This document shows, piece after piece, positions 61,366 through 64,000 of a stretch of 64,000 nucleotides of DNA; the first letter of the stretch is position 1, and every line of letters starts with the position of its first letter. Source of the stretch: Selaginella moellendorffii (taxonomy: Eukaryota; Plantae; Lycopodiophyta); assembly GCF_000143415.4 (NCBI RefSeq), contig NW_003314417.1:151219-215218 (forward strand), given 5' to 3'. The position numbers and the translations under genes were made by a program. The notes beneath the pieces are model-generated. The model saw only the letters and a program-made list of their open reading frames with translations. It had not been told where the DNA came from and ran no database searches.

Positions 61366-64000
61366 TGTGAGACACAAATCCCTAAGCCCCAAAGTGGAGC
61401 CGAAAGGTGCCACGTGGTAGTGGTCGAAGCAAAAGCCAAACGAGCGTAACACGTTTGGACTAAAAGGCTCCGACTTGAAAGGTTGAGAGCAGGAGTGGAA
61501 CTCCCAACGGAGTGCTCAAGGAACGAGCATGGAGTCTGAGATGGACCCGAGTTGGAGTCCGAGGTGGAGTCCGAGATGGAGTCTGAGATGGACCCGAGTT
61601 GGAGTTCGAGGTGGAGTACGAGATGGAGTCCGAGATAGACCCGAGTTGGAGTCCGAGGTGGAGTCCGAGATGGAGTCCAAGATGGACCCGAGGTGGAGTC
61701 CTAGGTGGAGTCCGAGATGGACCCGAGTTGGAGTCCGAGGTGGAGTCCGAGATGGACCCGAGTTGGAGTCCGAGGTGGAGTCCGAGATGGACCCGAGTTG
61801 GAGTCTGAGGTGGAGTCCGAGATGGAGTCCGAGATAGAGTCCGAGATGGACCCGAGATGGAGTCTGAGGTTGAGACCGAGACCAAGACTGAGACCGGGAC
61901 CGAAACCGAGACCAAAACCGAGACCGAGACCGGGACCGAGACCGAGACCGAGGCCGAGGCCGAGTTCGAGTCCGAGTCCGAGTCCAAGTCCGAGTCCGAG
62001 TCTAAACCGAGTCCGAGTCCGAGTTTGAGTTTGAGAGGGTGAAAGCCCAAAGCGTTCGTCTCCCAGACCCTAGGGGGTTTGGTGAGCTCCAAAAGTATAG
62101 TAAGGGGGAGGACTGCAGTGGAGCCAGTTTGGCCCAGAAAGGCCAGATCTAGTGTTGGGTGATGAACTGACCACTAGGAAGTCCAAGACTAGAGTGAATA
62201 CGGACCGACAAGCGGGGTAGCNNNNNNNNNNNNNNNNNNNNNNNNNNNNNNNNNNNNNNNNNNNNNNNNNNNNNNNNNNNNNNNNNNNNNNNNNNNNNNN
62301 NNNNNNNNNNNNNNNNNNNNNNNNNNNNNNNNNNNNNNNNNNNNNNNNNNNNNNNNNNNNNNNNNNNNNNNNNNNNNNNNGGGAGAGTACCCAGGTGGCT
62401 TGTGTAAGGCCACAGTGTTCCGAAATGTTGTCCCAAAGTCCCAGACGGTGAAAAGGAAGAGGAGCAATCCTCTAGTGCAGTGACCAAGGATACGGTCACA
62501 TGGTGAGGAAGTCCCAAAGGACAGTGGGATTTAGAGGTCGGGCTTGCGAGCTTCAACCCAGTAGTAGTGTTGGTGAACACGGCCATGGACAGAAAGGGAC
62601 TTGGTGAGAATAAGAAAAGAGATATTGGGGAAGGCTATTCCCCATGTCTGCGGGCATTCTAAGGATGCTAAAGAGTGGATCTGGGATGACCACTCATGGA
62701 CGGATGGCCCAATCTTGGAGAGACGGGATTGCAATGCAAATGGTGTTGGACCACCGATGTGACCAAGGTGATTGGGCATGGCCTAGTGTAACAGGCTGGT
62801 ACGTTGGTGGTGCCTTGGGGTGTCGGTCATGGGACCAGACACGTGGAGCACTGGGACCAAGTGCAAAGGTTGAGTGGCATGGATGCTATTCTCGGGGCTA
62901 GCAAGCCCCAAGTCCTGAGTGGGGCTTATGGAGGTTGTGAATAAGACTCCTCCAAGTGGTCAGAGGTGTGGTTAAGTGACTAAAGTAGAATGGAAAAATT
63001 TAGTCGTTTACAATTTGGTATCGGAGTTGTTCCTTATTCCGACTTTTATTGGTGCCGAAGTATATCACCACTAGTGTTGGCATCGGAAGGTCCTAGAAGT
63101 GGGTTTGTCCTTGAGGAGTAACAAGTCGGGAAGACATAGCTCTCCACTACAATTCACGTGTGAACTTGTAGGCAAGGTGGTGGATAGAAAAAAGCCAATG
63201 ATGGAACAACTTTGGGATCTTGGGAACAGTGTAAGGTTTTCCTCATTGAGTTGAGGATGTGATCCAAATGAGCGTTTGACTCAGCAAACTAGCTAATGTA
63301 GTTGTAGTAAACAACTACAGTTGGGATCACAGGGAAGATAGAGACTCTAAAACGATAAAGAAGTCACAAGATTACCCTCAAGAAGTTGAGGCTGATGCTT
63401 ATGAATTTGAGACCAGAAGTAATGACCGCGGGAGGTCAAATACAGAAAAGGACACAAGTCCTTGAAATGGTAGCCGGAGCTACCTCTAATAAATGCTGGA
63501 ACAACCCAAGGAGTTGGGGGTGTATTTAGAGGATGAGTTGGTATTCTCATCACATGGACAAGTGGTCCTAAGAGGCAAAAGGTTGTCCCTAGAGAACAAA
63601 TCAAGTGTCGGAGTAACACTTGCAAAAGATGGTCCTTGTGAGTAGGACATAAATACAAGGAGTTGTATTCCAGTGAGTTAGCACCTCAAAAGTAAGACCT
63701 CATAGATCGTTGGATTAACAAAGTCCAAAAGGTTGAATGACTCCAATAGAGTCAAGGAATAATCCTAAGGGCTTGAGGAAAGCATTTGGACTGAGGTGTG
63801 TGGTGCCCCACGAAGGATGGGGAGGATCTTGAGATCCAAGCATGAGAGCAGTATGTATCTCATTGATGGCAGAAGGTGTCATGCTAAAGTCGTGAGAAAG
63901 AGTTTCCCGGAAGAAAACAACTTTGACACAAAGTTGTGCATGAACTCTATAGTGTAGTGCTAATGGATAATTGGCCTAAGAAACAACCATATTGGTCTTG
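61366..64000 (+). mobile_element. Gypsy element related to family B: 5' LTR 61366-63012 with satellite arrays, PBS, degenerate internal sequence
   Basis: TG start; GAGATGGAGTCC/GAGACC arrays 61530-62030; gggtgaaagccc module; ...ttaca then tttggtatcggag at 63014-63026; assembly gap 62222-62380. Confidence 0.78.

Overview
Repeat-dense land-plant genomic DNA with no intact host gene. The very short 45-55 bp introns and AAACCCT repeats suggest a lycophyte/Selaginella-like host (inference). The window is a nest of Ty3/gypsy LTR retrotransposons: a very young intact chromovirus at 12027-19558, an older opposite-strand copy at 24418-43227, other families, solo/truncated LTRs and a TRIM. The distal part holds Harbinger and Helitron remnants and captured gene fragments (DUF2358, cytosolic GPI). 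Three things stand out. (1) A 12.3-kb DNA transposon (26380-38678; 22-bp TIRs, TTAA target duplication) carries an internally deleted Sola/DUF7869-like transposase and a divergent multi-exon cargo gene fusing ParB/Srx-like, methyltransferase-like, acidic and FCP1/NIF-type HAD phosphatase regions. About 25 copies of one 24-bp palindrome (AATGGCRTGWGGCCWCAYGCCATT) are scattered through it, mostly in introns and intergenic DNA, making it a candidate ParB/parS-like self-recognition or anti-silencing system. (2) The chromovirus integrase is interrupted by two GT-AG introns that are kept in both copies and must be spliced to restore the catalytic and GPY/F motifs. (3) The chromovirus 3' UTR is a chain of hairpins that includes two tRNA T-arm/B-box-like stems. 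All domain calls are by-eye motif recognition; no searches were run.
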